Origin: Nymphaea colorata
Taxonomy: Eukaryota
NCBI RefSeq assembly: GCF_008831285.2
Contig: NC_045138.2
Coordinates: 25,606,001 to 25,670,000, forward strand
Direction of reading: 5' to 3'
Length of the DNA stretch: 64,000 nt
How positions within the stretch are numbered: position 1 is the first letter of the stretch; each line of letters starts with the position of its first letter. The notes under the pieces are model-generated. The model ran no database searches and had not been told where the DNA came from. It saw only the letters and a list, made by a program, of their open reading frames with translations. This document shows positions 1-13,800 of the stretch, piece by piece. A program made the translations under genes and the position numbers.

Positions 1-787
1 AAAGAAAGCAAAGCATTTATGATGTGACACAAAGAAGTCAAAGTGTACTTTGATCTACGGCATCGGTTGCTTAAATGAACGGCCAGGATGACTTCAGCTA
101 GGTCGCATTCTGCCTTGTATCATACAGATGTCAACAGGAAACTGAAAAAGTTTGGTCAGAATGTTAGCATTTTTCCAACAACGAGTGGTCGAAGCTGAGG
201 TGGGGATCCGTCCTTCTCCACCCTTGGATTTCTTCCTTCTTCAATTCTCGAGATGATCTATTGGACCTATGAACTTGTAGCCAATGTCATAAGCGACATC
301 AATATGGACCTTTTGGGCATTGTGCAGTCAAAGATTCATTTACTAAGCAAACCATAACCCCAGATCTGTTAGTAGACTTCAATTTTCAAAGAGTTATTAA
401 AAGGAATTAGTCCTGAATTTTAAAGGCTTATTAGAAAACTAAACAGAAGATATTTTTAAAATCGCATGCAGTTTATCTTCAATTATTCAAATTTCAAACA
501 CCTAATCCTGGTAGCCTTTTCTTTTAACCTAGTTCGTAGGTAATAAATTCAAAAACATGCCACCTTTCTTTCTGCCTAGGAGGGCAATTTTGACCTTTTC
601 TGGGATAAAAAAATCATATCTGAGTGAAAAAAAAAAGAAAGATAAATCTGGATACAAACTAAACGTGTTGTTTTAGTTAAGAATAAAAACAAATGACGTG
701 TGCATTTTAAAATTGCCCCGCTTTTTGGTAATTATGAAAATTTAATTAGCTCCTTTATTTTTGCAACTCAAATTTCAAATGGTTGAC

Positions 788-2056
788 CTGTATCTCAAGT
801 TCCAAGCTTGGGAGCTCTCCATGTCCTTGAATTTGATCCGGATGCCTTCCTTGTCTGCAAGCGATGGAAGATTTGCCTCTGCTTCTTTCTGTTCATACAA
901 ATACAGAGAAATTATAGACCAACGTCGGATTCGGAAATGTACAGTAGCATTTAGTACTGAAATACATAACCAATGATGATTTTTATAGCAGAGAAGAGAA
1001 GAAAAAGAAATCCAAAATGGAAAAGAAGCAACCTTTGGTATTATAACTCTTCCAAGAGAGCTTACATCACTATTCTTCAGCTCCTTCTGTAGCAGCAATT
1101 TTAAATTCTGTATACATTAAAAGTTCAAATCATAAACCAGCTATATTCAAAATGGAACGAAGAAGCTCAAGTGTTGACGAAAACAACAAATAAAAAAAGC
1201 CCCCCACTTTGTTGAAAGAATGATCTTGAAGGACCAAATGCCTCTTTTTGGTGCCATTTGCCTCTTTCTTCTTTGTTTTGCCAGCCTTCCAAGAGGGAGA
1301 CTTGCTGCTTCTGATGAAACGAGAAAAGCTCGGGCTGTTTTTTCTTGCTATCCTTCTCTTGCTCCTCGCTGCCCTCGTTATAGACAGACCGAATGACCAC
1401 GAGTTTCCGACGCCGCCGCCTTCGCCGCCGTCACCACCACCCTTCTCATCGCCACCACCGAGATAGTGGGAACTCAGATTGGGATCAGGAGGCTGCTCGG
1501 GAACGCCACCAGTAATGGTGGTGTCCATGAGCGGGTGCAAGTAATTTGAGTAATCAGGGGACGGAAAGGGGAAGTGATCATTGGTGGGCAGGGTCAGAAA
1601 GGCATCAAAAGGCGAAGGCGTGGGTTGTGGAGAGGACGGAGAGTCGAGGCATGGAGGAGTATCCAACCACATTTTAGCAATATGGAAAGGAGACAGAAGG
1701 CATGGGAAGAATGGCTGAAAGAGGAGGTGGTCTTGATGGTGGTGGTGGCGGTGGGGGTGGAACGGTGGTCGTGGTGGTGGTGGTGGTAGTGGTACTGGTG
1801 GTGGTGGTGGTGATGTTGGGAAATGAGGTGGGGTGGGTGGAGAGAGAGACGACGGAGCCAATGGGGAGGATCCACTTTTTGGGAGGAGAAGAGAAACGCG
1901 TCGGGTGGAGGTGGTGCTGGTGGTGGAGGGACGGAAGGAGGGATCCATACTTGGAGGGGAAGGGATGGGCGAGGAAGAGCGTGAGGGGAGGTGGGAGGGC
2001 GCCATTAGGCAGTTCGGGTTTCTACGTCCACCGTCGCGTGTGACAAATGGGCGCAT
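788..2056 (-). CDS. LAFL-family (LEC2/FUS3/ABI3-like) B3 transcription factor, partial. Exons 2056-1208, 1107-1033, 888-788. Later exons were not found in the window and the start codon is uncertain.
   Basis: The spliced translation contains NLKLLLQKELKNSDVSSLGRVIIPK|KEAEANLPSLADKEGIRIKFKDMESSQAWNLRYR, the N-terminal half of an ABI3-type B3 domain, with GT-AG introns. A basic B2-like motif TRAARSKRRIARK lies upstream. The next expected exon (FWPNNKSRMY-like) was not found in 1-787. Confidence 0.85.
1735..1812. repeat. (GGT)n/(CCA)n trinucleotide-rich tract encoding poly-Pro/His in the B3 gene
   Basis: Imperfect ggtggtggt runs visible in the sequence. Confidence 0.75.
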
Positions 2057-3990
2057 GCAGCGGCTGTGGTGGTTCCGTCAGTGGTGGTGGTGGTGGCGGC
2101 GTTGGGGTTGCTGCCCTCGCCGGCAAGCCATGGCTGCAAAGTGGCACTCTCTCTGGCCGTAGGCACAGAACACCATGGTAGATGTGGGGCCCAAACTATC
2201 TCTCTCCCTCAAATTCTCTTTGGATCGAGTCCCTTGAAATGGTAGACCATCGTTAGTCATTAATGGAGCTTTGGTGTTATTTCGCTTCGATGGAAATATT
2301 AGAATTTTACTAAAAAGAAATCAGAAGTTTGCAGGTTAACAGCATTGAGTGAGACAAGTTGTTTCATCATTTTAATGTGATCGCCAAAAGATCCTTATAA
2401 TTTTGAAGCTTGCGATAATTGGAAAGTGTATTATATTTCTCACGATTACATCAGTTTTTCGAAAGCTTGCCGTGACGATGAGAAGAGAATCTGAAAAGTT
2501 CTAATGCTTGGGACGCTTGTCTATATGATTCAAATATCTTGTTGACAACAAATTTAGGGAAGCAACAATATAAAATTGAAACCGGCTTTTACAAGTGTAT
2601 TGAGGGGGAGAATTAGAGAAAAACAAAAAGATTGCTAATGGCACCACTCATGGGCAGTTTGGTAATGGAAACAGTAACATACTATAATAACTTACTTTAA
2701 AGATTGGAGAAAATTCATCAAACAGTATGTTACAACATTCCATAAATCTGGCCCTACAAATACATACATGTAGTAGTATGCTAATGTTCTCATTGCTAAT
2801 CGTCTGCTCATATTCAAGCAAATGATAAGGATAATCCCGTTGTCTTTCATTGCTTTTCTTACGTTCATACTTACTCCTTTATATGAATATCGGGGTTCAT
2901 ATCAACAATCATGATCTCATAACCATTTGTTTGTGATGTGTATTAGGAAATTTGTGTGTGAACGCAATCCAGTTGAGTTTTCTTTATTTCTCTTTTTTTT
3001 TTGTCATTTTCTTGATTCAAATCCTGCAAATGCTATTTCCAAGGCTAGTCTAGTGTCAAACAGCTCATCAAAATTTCTTACTAAACCTTAAAACAATGGT
3101 TGAACATGCTTCAAATTCTGTAATTTTGAAGTTTCTTATCAATAGCAAAAGGGAAAATTAGATTTTTGTAGGTTATGAGATAATGCTTACCACCTCTTTA
3201 CCCATCAGATTGGGTAAACTTATAGTGAAAAATTCAAAGGTAAATCATACATACAAGCGATTCTAGCAAATGTCGGTTCCTGTTTGCACCACCTTTGTTT
3301 TCAAAAGGTCCACGCTTCATTACCAGTCCGCCGCCATTTTACTAGAAACGAATTTTAGATATCCTCGAGTCCACTATGCTCAACAAGTGAAACTCATCTC
3401 TGCCTGATGGTTTTTTAATGAAACTAAGAATGCAAATAGAAAGTCGACGAACAAGATCCTAGAAAATAACTAGAAAATCAGAGAGAAGAAAAAATGATCA
3501 CTGATGAGTCGTTTTCCCGATATATAAACTATAGACAACCGTTGATTTTGGAACTCTTTTAAGATCCTGTCGGCAAATGGAAAAGTACGCAACTTTTAAA
3601 GATCTTTTTTTTTTGGGGGGGGGTTTTGCTGCCTCGTAGAACAAAAGTCCAAAACGGTTGAATCTGTCCTGACCAGATAGTTATGCCAGATAAGATGCCT
3701 CAGATCAGTTTGCAATCCAAATGTTTTTATTCCCCAACTGATTATGCTTTGGATCATGTTGTTCTGCTCTAGCCAATTAGGTACATTCAGATTCAAAATA
3801 ATCTGGAAGCGAACCAGGGGAGAAACATAAGCAGCAAGATTTCAGGCTACGCAGCAAAGCCAATCAGCATTTACAATTAAGTAAAAGATGCCAGTGTTCT
3901 GGTAAGACAGGAAGCAAAAAATTGAACAAACTAAATCAAACCAGGCCCAGGAGAACGGCAAGAATGGGTTTTGCAAAAACTGGGCGTCTC

Positions 3991-6900
3991 TCACTTCCAG
4001 AGCTCCTCCACTGGGATCCCACGTTCCGCTGCAACATCTTTGAAATGCCTCATCTTTGAGACAGCTTCAACCGTCGCCCTGGCATTGTTGAGTGGATTCT
4101 TGCTGCCCAGTTGCTTCCCTAGCGCATTCTCAACTCCTGCCATTTCCAACACAATTCGCACAGCTCCACCTGCAATAACGCCAGTACCAGGTGATGCAGG
4201 CCGCAGCATAACCTTTGCAGCACCATAATCTCCATCAGCTCTGGCAACAAACAGTATCAATAAGCAATAAACACTATCAGTAAAGTGTACACATATCAAC
4301 AATAGAACAACCAAATCATCTAATTTTGCCAAAATCTAAAATTATTGGGACAGTGAAGTAGGCTTTTGTTGACATTAACATATCAGCACCACCATCATCT
4401 CATGTCAATAGAACAGAAAATAAAAGAGAAAACTCCTTGCTGTTAAAGCAGTACAACTTAAGTCTTGTACACCATGCACTATTGCAAGAATACAGCATCT
4501 GATGCTACTACAATAAATGACTTGGGGTGACTGACAAAGTAAACCTTCTACATAAAGAAAATAACATTAAGCAATTGCGATTAAGCATAGCTAGTTTAAG
4601 TTAATTTACAAAATCAAGACATCTGGTTCATATAAAGGACTCTATTTAGAAGTTTTGTTGCAAGAGCCGTGCATCTGTTCTTCAGGTACAAGTTCAGCTT
4701 CACCAAACAAGACGACACAAAACGAAACTGCCTTACATTTTCAGGAGGGATCTTTATGGTAATTTAGTAGTTTGGAACACAAAAGAATGAACATAGAAAA
4801 AAGAGAATCTAAAAACAGAAAATGCTTTCTGCCAACTGCACAAGTCCTGCTTACATGATAATGGACATCAACACGGAAGGATAGAGCTCTAGTCAAGTCA
4901 CAAATAGGTCTATCATCGAACTGAATCCAGTCACACCTGTCATTTAATTTGTGGATTTGAGTAGGTCACGTGGCAGAGGTAATCAAGTTGACATGTTTCT
5001 TTTATTATATACACAATATGGAACCATACCATGTCTAGCTCTCACTTGATGATGGTCAGCACAAATAAAATTGTAATAAGTTTGTCGAGCCTGCAACTTT
5101 CAAGGTTCCAATATTTCCATGGTCAGTCAATCCAAACTCAAGCTTCGAGTAAAGGAAGCAAAGCTTGAGTTGGAAAAGTTAAAATGGTAAATTTTGCGCC
5201 GAAGTCTAAACCTACCTGATTGAGCTCAAGTTCGCTTTACAGGAGGACAGAGTTTTCCAAGCTGAGGATAACAGGATTTTGATTTATAAGCATATGCACA
5301 TCAGACACTTTAACCATTTATAAACTGCATTTTGTGCCATGAGATATATCTAGGGTATACTTTATTGCTAACCAAGAAAACTATGAAGGCAGCAAAACCA
5401 AAATCCGTTGTGCATGTTCCAAGCCTATTTCTACAAGTTCGAAGAAGTTCTATATAGGCTGACCACCAGCCGGACCATGAGTGGCTCATCTTGTTTCTTT
5501 TGCTTAGATGCAACGTTACACTCGCTGCAGAATGCATATTGAAGATGACCAGAAAGCTCAATAAATTGCAAAAATTCTCATCTTTCTCTTTTAAAGTCAC
5601 CGATATGGTCGAGTCTCAATTTACTTGCAGATCACAGAATGTTCAGAAATCAGACACTAAAATTAGATATTAAGGTTGGTAATAAACCACATTTTACAAA
5701 CTAGCCACGTCCCGCATGTATCACCTAGGTAGCTTCTTTATGCACCATCTTCCTTGTCACTAAAACAGGCATATTTTAATATGGTATAGGCTGCAAATTT
5801 ACAGCAAGACTCTTCAACGAAGAACTCATTTTGCCGTTGAAGATAAGTATGTTGCGGGACTGGACAAACGCCATTCTAAAATTTAACTCGACTCTCGTAT
5901 GTAGAAATCATCACAATCTTCAGTTTCTGTCTTCAGCACTAACTAAAGCCTACCTCCATTTCAATCCTAAACGACCAATTTCACTCAAATAAACAACTGA
6001 AACATAAAAACATATGTTTACCGCAAGAAGAAGGGTCAATCTTATTCATGATTCATAAATACCACATGAAAGTAACAAGAGAAAACTGAACAGAATGGCT
6101 CTGTGAACATGAAATGAAGAGAATAGGAACAACTTAATGCGTCGAACTTTGTAAGAGCCAAGCTATTACTAGCAGGGACATCCCAAGTGCGAATTAGCAC
6201 TCGGTTGGTGAACATTCAATTCAGAAGAGCATCAATGAACAAAGAAGAAGTAGAAGAAGAAGAAGACATCACTAAGGTAAAAGTATCGATAGTTGACGAG
6301 ACAACTCAAACAACACAAAATTCTCCAACAAAAGAACAAGAGATTGAAGGGCCAACAGCAGAATTCTCACCTGTGAGGGAAGGTGGCATTCTTGGTCATC
6401 GGCACGGTGACAAGGTTCCTCCTCGCGTTCGTGGCCGACTTCTCGACGGCGGAAATAACCTCCTTGGCCTTGCCGACGCCGACGCCGACCTGGCCCTGCT
6501 TATTGCCCACGATGACGATCGCCCGGAAGGACAACTGCTTTCCTCCTTTAACAACCTTAGTAACCCTCCTCACCTGCACCACCCTCTCCTCGAACCCGTC
6601 TCTCACCTTCTCCTTCTTCTTCTTCGACCCGAAGCCAGAAGTCTTCTTCACCTTGGAGTCCATCACGTAGATGTCATTACCCAAAATGCTCATTCCACTG
6701 TAAGCGGGGCCATAGATCTCCTCATAGGCAGCCGCGATTTGCTCCTCAGTCTCCGGGGGGAGCTCGTCGAAGGAAGGAAAGGGGACGTAGTCCTCCGGCG
6801 GGGCCACCTGCTCAAAGGGGACTTCTTCTTCCGGATTCACGTCATCGAAGAAGGAGGTGTCGACGCCGTCTTCGTCTGAGGATTTTGCTCTCGAGAGTGG

Positions 6901-7068
6901 GAGGCGTAATTGGGGGCTGCCTTGCAACCGGGAGGGTGGAATTGAGGAGGTGGGTCTTCTGAGGGGATAGAAATGGGGTTTTGAGGAGGCCGACAGACTT
7001 GGTTCTGAAGGGTGGGAATGGAGTTTCAGAGTGGAGAAGAGAGAAGAAATGGATGAAGCAACAGCCAT
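3991..7068 (-). CDS. PRPS5: Plastid 30S ribosomal protein S5 precursor. Exons 7068-6371 and 4240-3991, 315 aa.
   Basis: Ser-rich transit-peptide-like N-terminus and uS5 motifs [29 protein letters not shown] and [32 protein letters not shown] intron joins FPH-R-ADGDYG in frame (698+250 nt). Confidence 0.96.
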
Positions 7069-7239
7069 TGGTGCTCGCCCACTGTCTCCTTTGCCTTCCT
7101 CTTCTACTGCTACCCTCTTCTTCTTCTACCCTTTCCTATCACACAGGGGAGGTGAAGAGGGTGGGAGAACTGAGAACTGAGAACTGAGAAGGGAGAGGGG
7201 AGAGGGCTTATCCATTTTCAAAAGCACACAACGGATTGG

Positions 7240-7410
7240 ATCAAGTATGATTCGGTGGCAATCGATTCGACCCATGTACCTGCCAATCTTGATTGAGGCT
7301 AAGTGGGTGTTTGGGTACGGGTTCGGGTGTGTGGGTATGTGTTTGGGTACAGATATAATTAAAGCGACGCGGGACCTAAACATAGCCGGAAATATATGGG
7401 TACAGGGTAT
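7240..7410. mobile_element. Degenerate non-autonomous DNA-transposon-like remnant
   Basis: Clustered gggtac/cgggt/gggtat motifs resembling hAT subterminal repeats. No clear TIR pair was resolved. Confidence 0.3.
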
Positions 7411-7924
7411 ATGTTGTGTATATTTTGTAAAATATCATAAAAATGTATAAACGTAACATTTAAATAAACAAGTAATATAAATAAAAACATGGCATGTTAG
7501 TGAGCTAAATAAAGACATTCCATGTTAACGATCAAAAACTTGTGAAAATATAATGAAAACTGAGTTAGAAACAAATTAAATCATGTCAAAGTAAGTATTT
7601 TGAATTAGTTTCAATAAAAAAATACTCGGGTTCCAAATGCTACCTTTGCCATGTGGGTACAAAGAGACCGATATAGGAACCTTCTTAATGTACCCATATA
7701 ACTTAGCTTCTGAAATTTTGTCACACTACATCTGATCTAATCTCAATATCTCTAAAATTTAAGATTCGGGAAAGTATGAATCACTTGCTGCGTGAAATAC
7801 TTGGATTTTTAGCTTTCAAGCTCGTCTTAGGAGGGGCCAATTTGACATACGCCCTACCTTAAGTTCATGGCTTTAGCTAACAAATTATGATTTGAAAATC
7901 ACATATTATAGAAAACATCAGGCC

Positions 7925-8300
7925 TAGGCCGGGGCATCTGGCAGACTCGGCTGGCCTGATAAGGAGTCAGGTTCGGGTAGAGCCACAGCTTGTGACTACG
8001 GTTTGGGCTCAGCTCGACACACAAAACCTGAGTCTAGGTCCAGCAGATTAAAATTAGAAAATATATTTTTAATATAAAATAATATATAAATAAAATTAAA
8101 GTAATAATATATATATATATAATTATATATATATATCAATAAAAATAATATTAAAAATACTTTGTCATGCCGAATCGCGCTTAGTCTGGCCAACTTGAGC
8201 CAACCCGATAAGTCATCATATCAGTCCAATACCTAATTTGAGGCCCGAGCCCAAACCCGAGTCATACCGAATACCCATCAAGTGCCAAGCTAGCCCGAAA
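7925..8300. mobile_element. hAT-like MITE remnant
   Basis: Starts taggccggggcatctggc (similar to 19632), with ggc/ccg-rich ends around an AT-rich core. The right end is unclear. Confidence 0.3.
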
Positions 8301-9987
8301 ATCCTTTCCTGTCCAACATCTCACCTTGCATACAAGTTTCTCAACGCCGATCATATGAAAGGTCGCTTGACAAATGAAAATTAATACATCTTGGTAAGGA
8401 TGGCTTTCCTCGAGGTTCATTTGTGTTTCTTTATGTGGTGACCTTCGCAAAATACTTGTCTGAGGTGAAAAATCTTGCAGCTGCCTTGTGAAAATGTCAA
8501 ATATGAGTAACATAACTTCCTTGTCCTCATAGAAAATGAGTTTGAGGTTGGTGATCTTCGAGAATCAGTTTTTCAGTCATTTTTTGAAAAAAAAAAAAAA
8601 AAAACTGTTTAGAGGTGACTACATGTCCAACTTTGTAAAAATGGATGCAGAATTGCACCCTCTTTTGTTATTTAGATTAAATGCTATAACCCTAAAGAAG
8701 TTAACCGTTTAGTTGAAAAAACCTTACGTAATATTGTTTACGCATTTAACAAACATGTAATTTTTTGCTATTTCAAAGGTGTTCAATGTCTGATTATGGA
8801 GGTCCCGGGGGTGTAGCATGGCTGGTTGGGCCGGCTGGCTGATTTAAGCCCAGTCGTGACTTTGATTCTTGTGGGCTCTAGTCTTTTGGACTGCAAATGA
8901 TGGATGCATTGCACTTCAGTTGAAGGTTGTTCCGCTTATCACAAAGTAACCCTAGACTCCAAAAGCAAGGAGCTTTTTCAACCTCTCATTAAATCGCTAA
9001 AAGTTGTGGTTCTTTGGAACACAAACTTAAAATGATTTTCACTAGTTCTTCGAAATACTGTTCAGAACATCAATTTTAGTTGATGAATTCTAAGCAGCAA
9101 GAACAACAAGGTTCTCTAGAAGGAGTAAACGACCGTGACAAAGAGTCAAAACTATTTAGCACATGAGGTAAGTGAGGAGAGTCAAATCTGCATCAATTTT
9201 AGTTACAAAACACAAAAACATTTCACAGGACATGATTCCAAAAATGAACAAAGCCATAGGAGAAGAAGAGATTTAAGCATAGGTTATGGCCTCTGCTCTC
9301 ATTATTTAACTCGTCCACATTTCTTATTTAAGTCCATCTTTTAGGTTATTAAGTTCATGCTAAAACACTATAAAACCTTGAAGGAATGAACTATCTCGGG
9401 ATAGAAATCAAGCACCAATTATATCTGAATTTGAAAAGTAATTGAAGAGAGACATGCCATTGGTTCACAGGCAGTTAGGGTTAGATGATGCCATTTCTAC
9501 TCCTCTAGTTACAAGTTAGTGGCCAATTTGGGTTATTCAAATGGTGTTGGATGGACAGATGAGTTTGTATCAAAATCCAACAAGAGGAGAACATTGTGGG
9601 GAACTTGTAAGTTTACCTGATCCTGACGCAGCTCTAGACTCTGGGGACAGGAAGAAAGAGGGGTGCTTCGGCCCCTTTTTTATACTGTTTCGCTCCAAAT
9701 CACCTTGAAAGTGCGCAGCTTTTCTCCTAAGTTTAAATATGTCCCACTAAAAGGTGAGTTGAATGTCTCAAGTGTACGTGTCCTCACCCATTCAAACACG
9801 CCATAGGCTGCACAGTGTTCATATGCTGACAGTGAGAATGCTCTTCTCATTCATAGTCCAACTCACTTCCTTCTTGGCTGAATTGCCACGAAGTACAGAT
9901 GATTATAAGCTCAACACGATCAAGCGTATTAACTAGCAAACCTTTTGGTCTCCAAGATCTGCAGCTTCCATTGAGTGGCAGACCGAT

Positions 9988-10112
9988 CTTTGATGTAGTT
10001 GATAGAAAGCATCGGCATGCAATCCTGCTTTTTCTTTCTTCATGAACTGCTTTGATCTAGTTGATAGAAAGAGTAGGCAAGCAATCATGTTTTTTCTTTG
10101 TTCATGAAACAG
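9988..10112. repeat. Two-copy ~62-bp tandem duplication
   Basis: ctttgatgtagttgatagaaag...tttttctttcttcatgaa is followed by ctttgatctagttgatagaaag...tttttctttgttcatgaa. Confidence 0.75.
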
Positions 10113-10398
10113 TTCTCTATTCTCGATAACATCAGATATATGACTGTATGTAGGGAACTTCGTTAAAAAGTTGTACCTTAAGGGAGCGGATCTTATGTAC
10201 AAGTTGAAGTACATATAGATTTCACCGCCGCTTGGTATTGATGCAGTTCTGGACCCTAAAGCCGAGAGAAATGAAGGGGCTTGGGCTCGCTTTCTGATTA
10301 GTGAAAAAAGTTAATGTTATGTTATGATTTTGCTTAAACTTGAGTGTTTTGGATTCGATTTCTGCAAGATTGAGTAGCAGCTGTTTAAGATCCTGAAA

Positions 10399-10615
10399 TT
10401 TGAAATTCTGGATCTGTCTCAGGACGGTTAGAATGTGGTTGATCCTGCTTTAAAACGAGAGGGGTTCTTGGATCTGGACAAGAGCGAAACCCGCCCGCCT
10501 TCTTTCCGATGTTAGAGAACCGGTTTCGCGGGTTCAGAAGGAGTCGGATCGAACCGAGTCGCATGTGCGATGTGCTGTGGACACTCCTCGGGCGCGCGGC
10601 CACTGCGGATTCAAA
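10399..10615 (+). promoter_or_regulatory. Putative cell-cycle promoter elements upstream of BUB1
   Basis: TTTCGCGG (E2F consensus WTTSSCSS) at 10524-10531. CHR-like TTTGAA at 10399-10404 and TTCAAA at 10610-10615. Confidence 0.4.
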
Positions 10616-10717
10616 TCTCGCCCTCTTTTTTAAGCTCTTCCAGAGGCTTTCCCTCCCTCTGCGCTCTGCCGAGAAAAAGGAGAGGGGAAGCTTTCAGCCG
10701 CAGTTCTTCCATTCAAG

Positions 10718-10767
10718 ATGGTCATGGTCCTCATGGACATCGATTCTCATTCCGACCTCTCTCGGTT

Positions 10768-10831
<64 letters not shown>

Positions 10832-13800
10832 GTTTGTGTGGAAATTTGCTTCTGTTTTTTTGTTGATCAGGTTTGTGATTCTGCACTAATAGGGAATTTG
10901 AAGAAGTGGATCGTTTACAGGACCAGTCGGTAGATGACCCTATACAACCTTGGTTGAGGTCTCTCTTTCTCTCTCTTCGCTCTCTCAATTCGAGCCTCTC
11001 TCTCTCTGTTTTTTCTCCATTTGAGTCTCGTTTTCTTTTTCTATTAAAGTCTCATCCAGAAGTATGTACACGAGTTTCGCAAAAGTAAGGGCTCAAATTT
11101 GTCCCAGCTGATCAAAATTCTGGAAGAAGCCATTTCGCGTTTCCAGCAAGTCGATCGATACCTCGGTGATATCCGGTTTCTGAAGATATGGGTCATATAT
11201 GTGAGAGATTCGTTTCCTTTCACAGTTTTGAAATCTTTAGTCCATGGCAGAAACTGGGGTTGTGATGCTTTTGGTTTCCTCCTGTAGGCTGATGTGATTC
11301 AGGATTTCAAAAAGGTTTATGAGATGATGAACAAAAAAGGAATTGGTAAAGGTCATTCATTTCTGTATGAGGCGTACGCTGTGCATCTTGAATTGATGGG
11401 AAGATGGGATGAAGCACATAGCATTTACAAATTAGGCATTTCTTGGTGATTTATTTCCTTCCATCTTCCTATTTCCATTAATTTATCTTTAGCACGTCAG
11501 AGCATTCAGTTCACCGGGGCACTTATCGTGGACATGGCATTGGTTTTCCATGACGATATCCTGGCAGGAATGCGAAGCCTCTTGAAAGACTTGAGAAAAT
11601 GCACAAGCTGTTCCTCGAACGGGTGGCTGAAGCCAATATTTCGTTGGCAAATGAGGTACCTCGGAATCATTTTTCTTTGTAATTTTGGTTGATGAGGAGA
11701 ACTAAAGTTACTAAACAGTTTCATCTTAAAATTCACTTTGGCCACCAAAACGATTTCAATTTTCTAGTGTCTTTCTCTTTGGAAAATTCTTAGGTAGGAT
11801 CCCTTTCTGTTGACCAAAACTCTTTAAATTTAGAAAGTGTCAATGTGCATATGTTCTTTGAAGTCTGAGATGAAGCTTTCGACCTTTTGTAGGTATCGTT
11901 TTTGTACCTGTTTGATACATGTTTGTAATTTTCCATGCTTGTTCGTGGAGTAAACAGTATTCCGCAATAGCTCTCGAAACATCTTCATTGTTGTAAGATT
12001 GTGTATATGAAAATATGCAAGAGTAGAAATCATGAAGCATGTCACGTCTGGAAGACTACATTGCGGACTGAATTGGAAAATTGTTGGTTCATCTTATAAT
12101 TGAAGTAACAGTATGTAATGAATCAAAACTGACAACTAGCGCCACTCATATTGCTGGTGAAATTAAATTGTCACATGCAAAATGACAATATATGTCGTTC
12201 AAGGAAACAGGATCATGTTTGATTTATCGTGAAATTTTTTTCATCGATGCTCTTTTAGGTTGAAGCTGGCAACCTCATCAAGAATGGTGGTGTTGATGGC
12301 ACTAATCCGTGGTCTCAATCAACCATTGCAGAACTTCTGGAAAAGAAAAAGGAGAATATGCATAACTATGAGGTGAGCAACTTCTTTTTTATGGTCTTCT
12401 CAAATTATAATTTTATTTAATGCCAAAGTATGAACAATTGCAGGGTTATTATCATAGTGCGAAAAGCTATCCAGGAAAATTACCTTCATCTTCTGGTAAC
12501 CTTTCAAGGAATATGATTGTAGAATTAGGTAATATTTTTTTCTCAATTTGAAGTGAATAACATTGTAATTATGCTTTGATATGGCATATATAAATGCATT
12601 GACTTGATCTTTTGATTAAGGTCAAGATGTTGGCCGGACCTGTCCAATCCATATCACAAGAGGATTAGAAAGTCAAATGTAGCAAAGCACATAACATGAA
12701 TGTTCTAAATGTTTCTTGAACTACCATGAGATAGTATGTAAGAGATTCGATTGTGTAGTTTTTTCCTCGATCAGTTTCTGCGACATTAGTCTCTACTGAG
12801 CTCCTGGCCTTAACTATCCAGGTTGTGCCTCCGGTGTTGTTGTTTTGAAGAAATTAGGGTGCTCAAAGCAAACTCATGCTTTCTTTGTTTTGGCATGCCC
12901 TAAACAGCTTCTGGGAGGCCAAAATGGAGTTTCAAGGTGTCATCCAAACACTCCCTTTTTTTTTTTTTTTTTAAATGTCAAGATAGGAAGTTCTCCATAG
13001 AATAGTCTATTCTCCTATTAGCAGGCCTACATGCATCGCTCTGCTAGTACCAGTTGCCAGCCATTCACCATTGTGTGTTCAATTGCAAGTTTCTCCAAGG
13101 ATCACAACTCACAAGCATTTGATCTGTGACAATCAATCATTCCTTCAATTTTATTGGTAGTATAGTCAACCCAGGGCTCTTTGGATATTTGTTCTCATTG
13201 CCATGACAAAAAGCTTATAACTTCTGCTGAAGGATGACATGTTTTGAAAATTTGAGTAGTAATAATAATGTAAATCTGTATGTGCAGAATATACCATTTG
13301 TTTTCTCTGTCTATGAAACTCTAAACTCACTATAAATGATGAACCAAGTTGATTGGTTTATCGCATGAAAATCCTGCACCATTTCTTGAATATTGTAAAA
13401 CTTGGTACAGTAAGCTTATGTTTGAATTGTTTTTTCATGCTTAGATCAGTGAAACTCTCGTTCAATTATCATAGTAGCTTTGCACTTTTGAGAAGATTAA
13501 AATTCAAAATTTTGTATACCTATTGCTTACTTTTCCCTGTATCTTAAGGTCGGAAAAAGTACCAGATCAAAGGTTGTGCTGGCAAGGGTGGATATGCTCA
13601 GGTCTTCAAATCTCATGTTTATGGCAACCCCGAGGAGACTGTTGCTTTGAAGGTCGCTTTCTTTCTCTCTGTCTCTGTCTCTCTCTTTCTCTATGTGTGT
13701 GTGAGCATGCATGGGTTTGCCTCATTCTTCAGCATCTAATTTATTTGGCATCTTTGTCAGGTACAAAAACCTGCTTTTCCATGGGAATTCTACATGTACA

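Noticed and set aside
1574..2162. Overlapping poly-His, poly-Val and poly-Trp ORFs
   Set aside because: Alternative-frame and antisense readings of the (CCA)n tract in the B3 exon
6187..6879. 230-aa plus-strand ORF
   Set aside because: Antisense shadow of the GC-rich PRPS5 exon with no recognisable domain
10509..10988. ORFs with LSLSLS or RERERE runs
   Set aside because: Translations of the CT microsatellite
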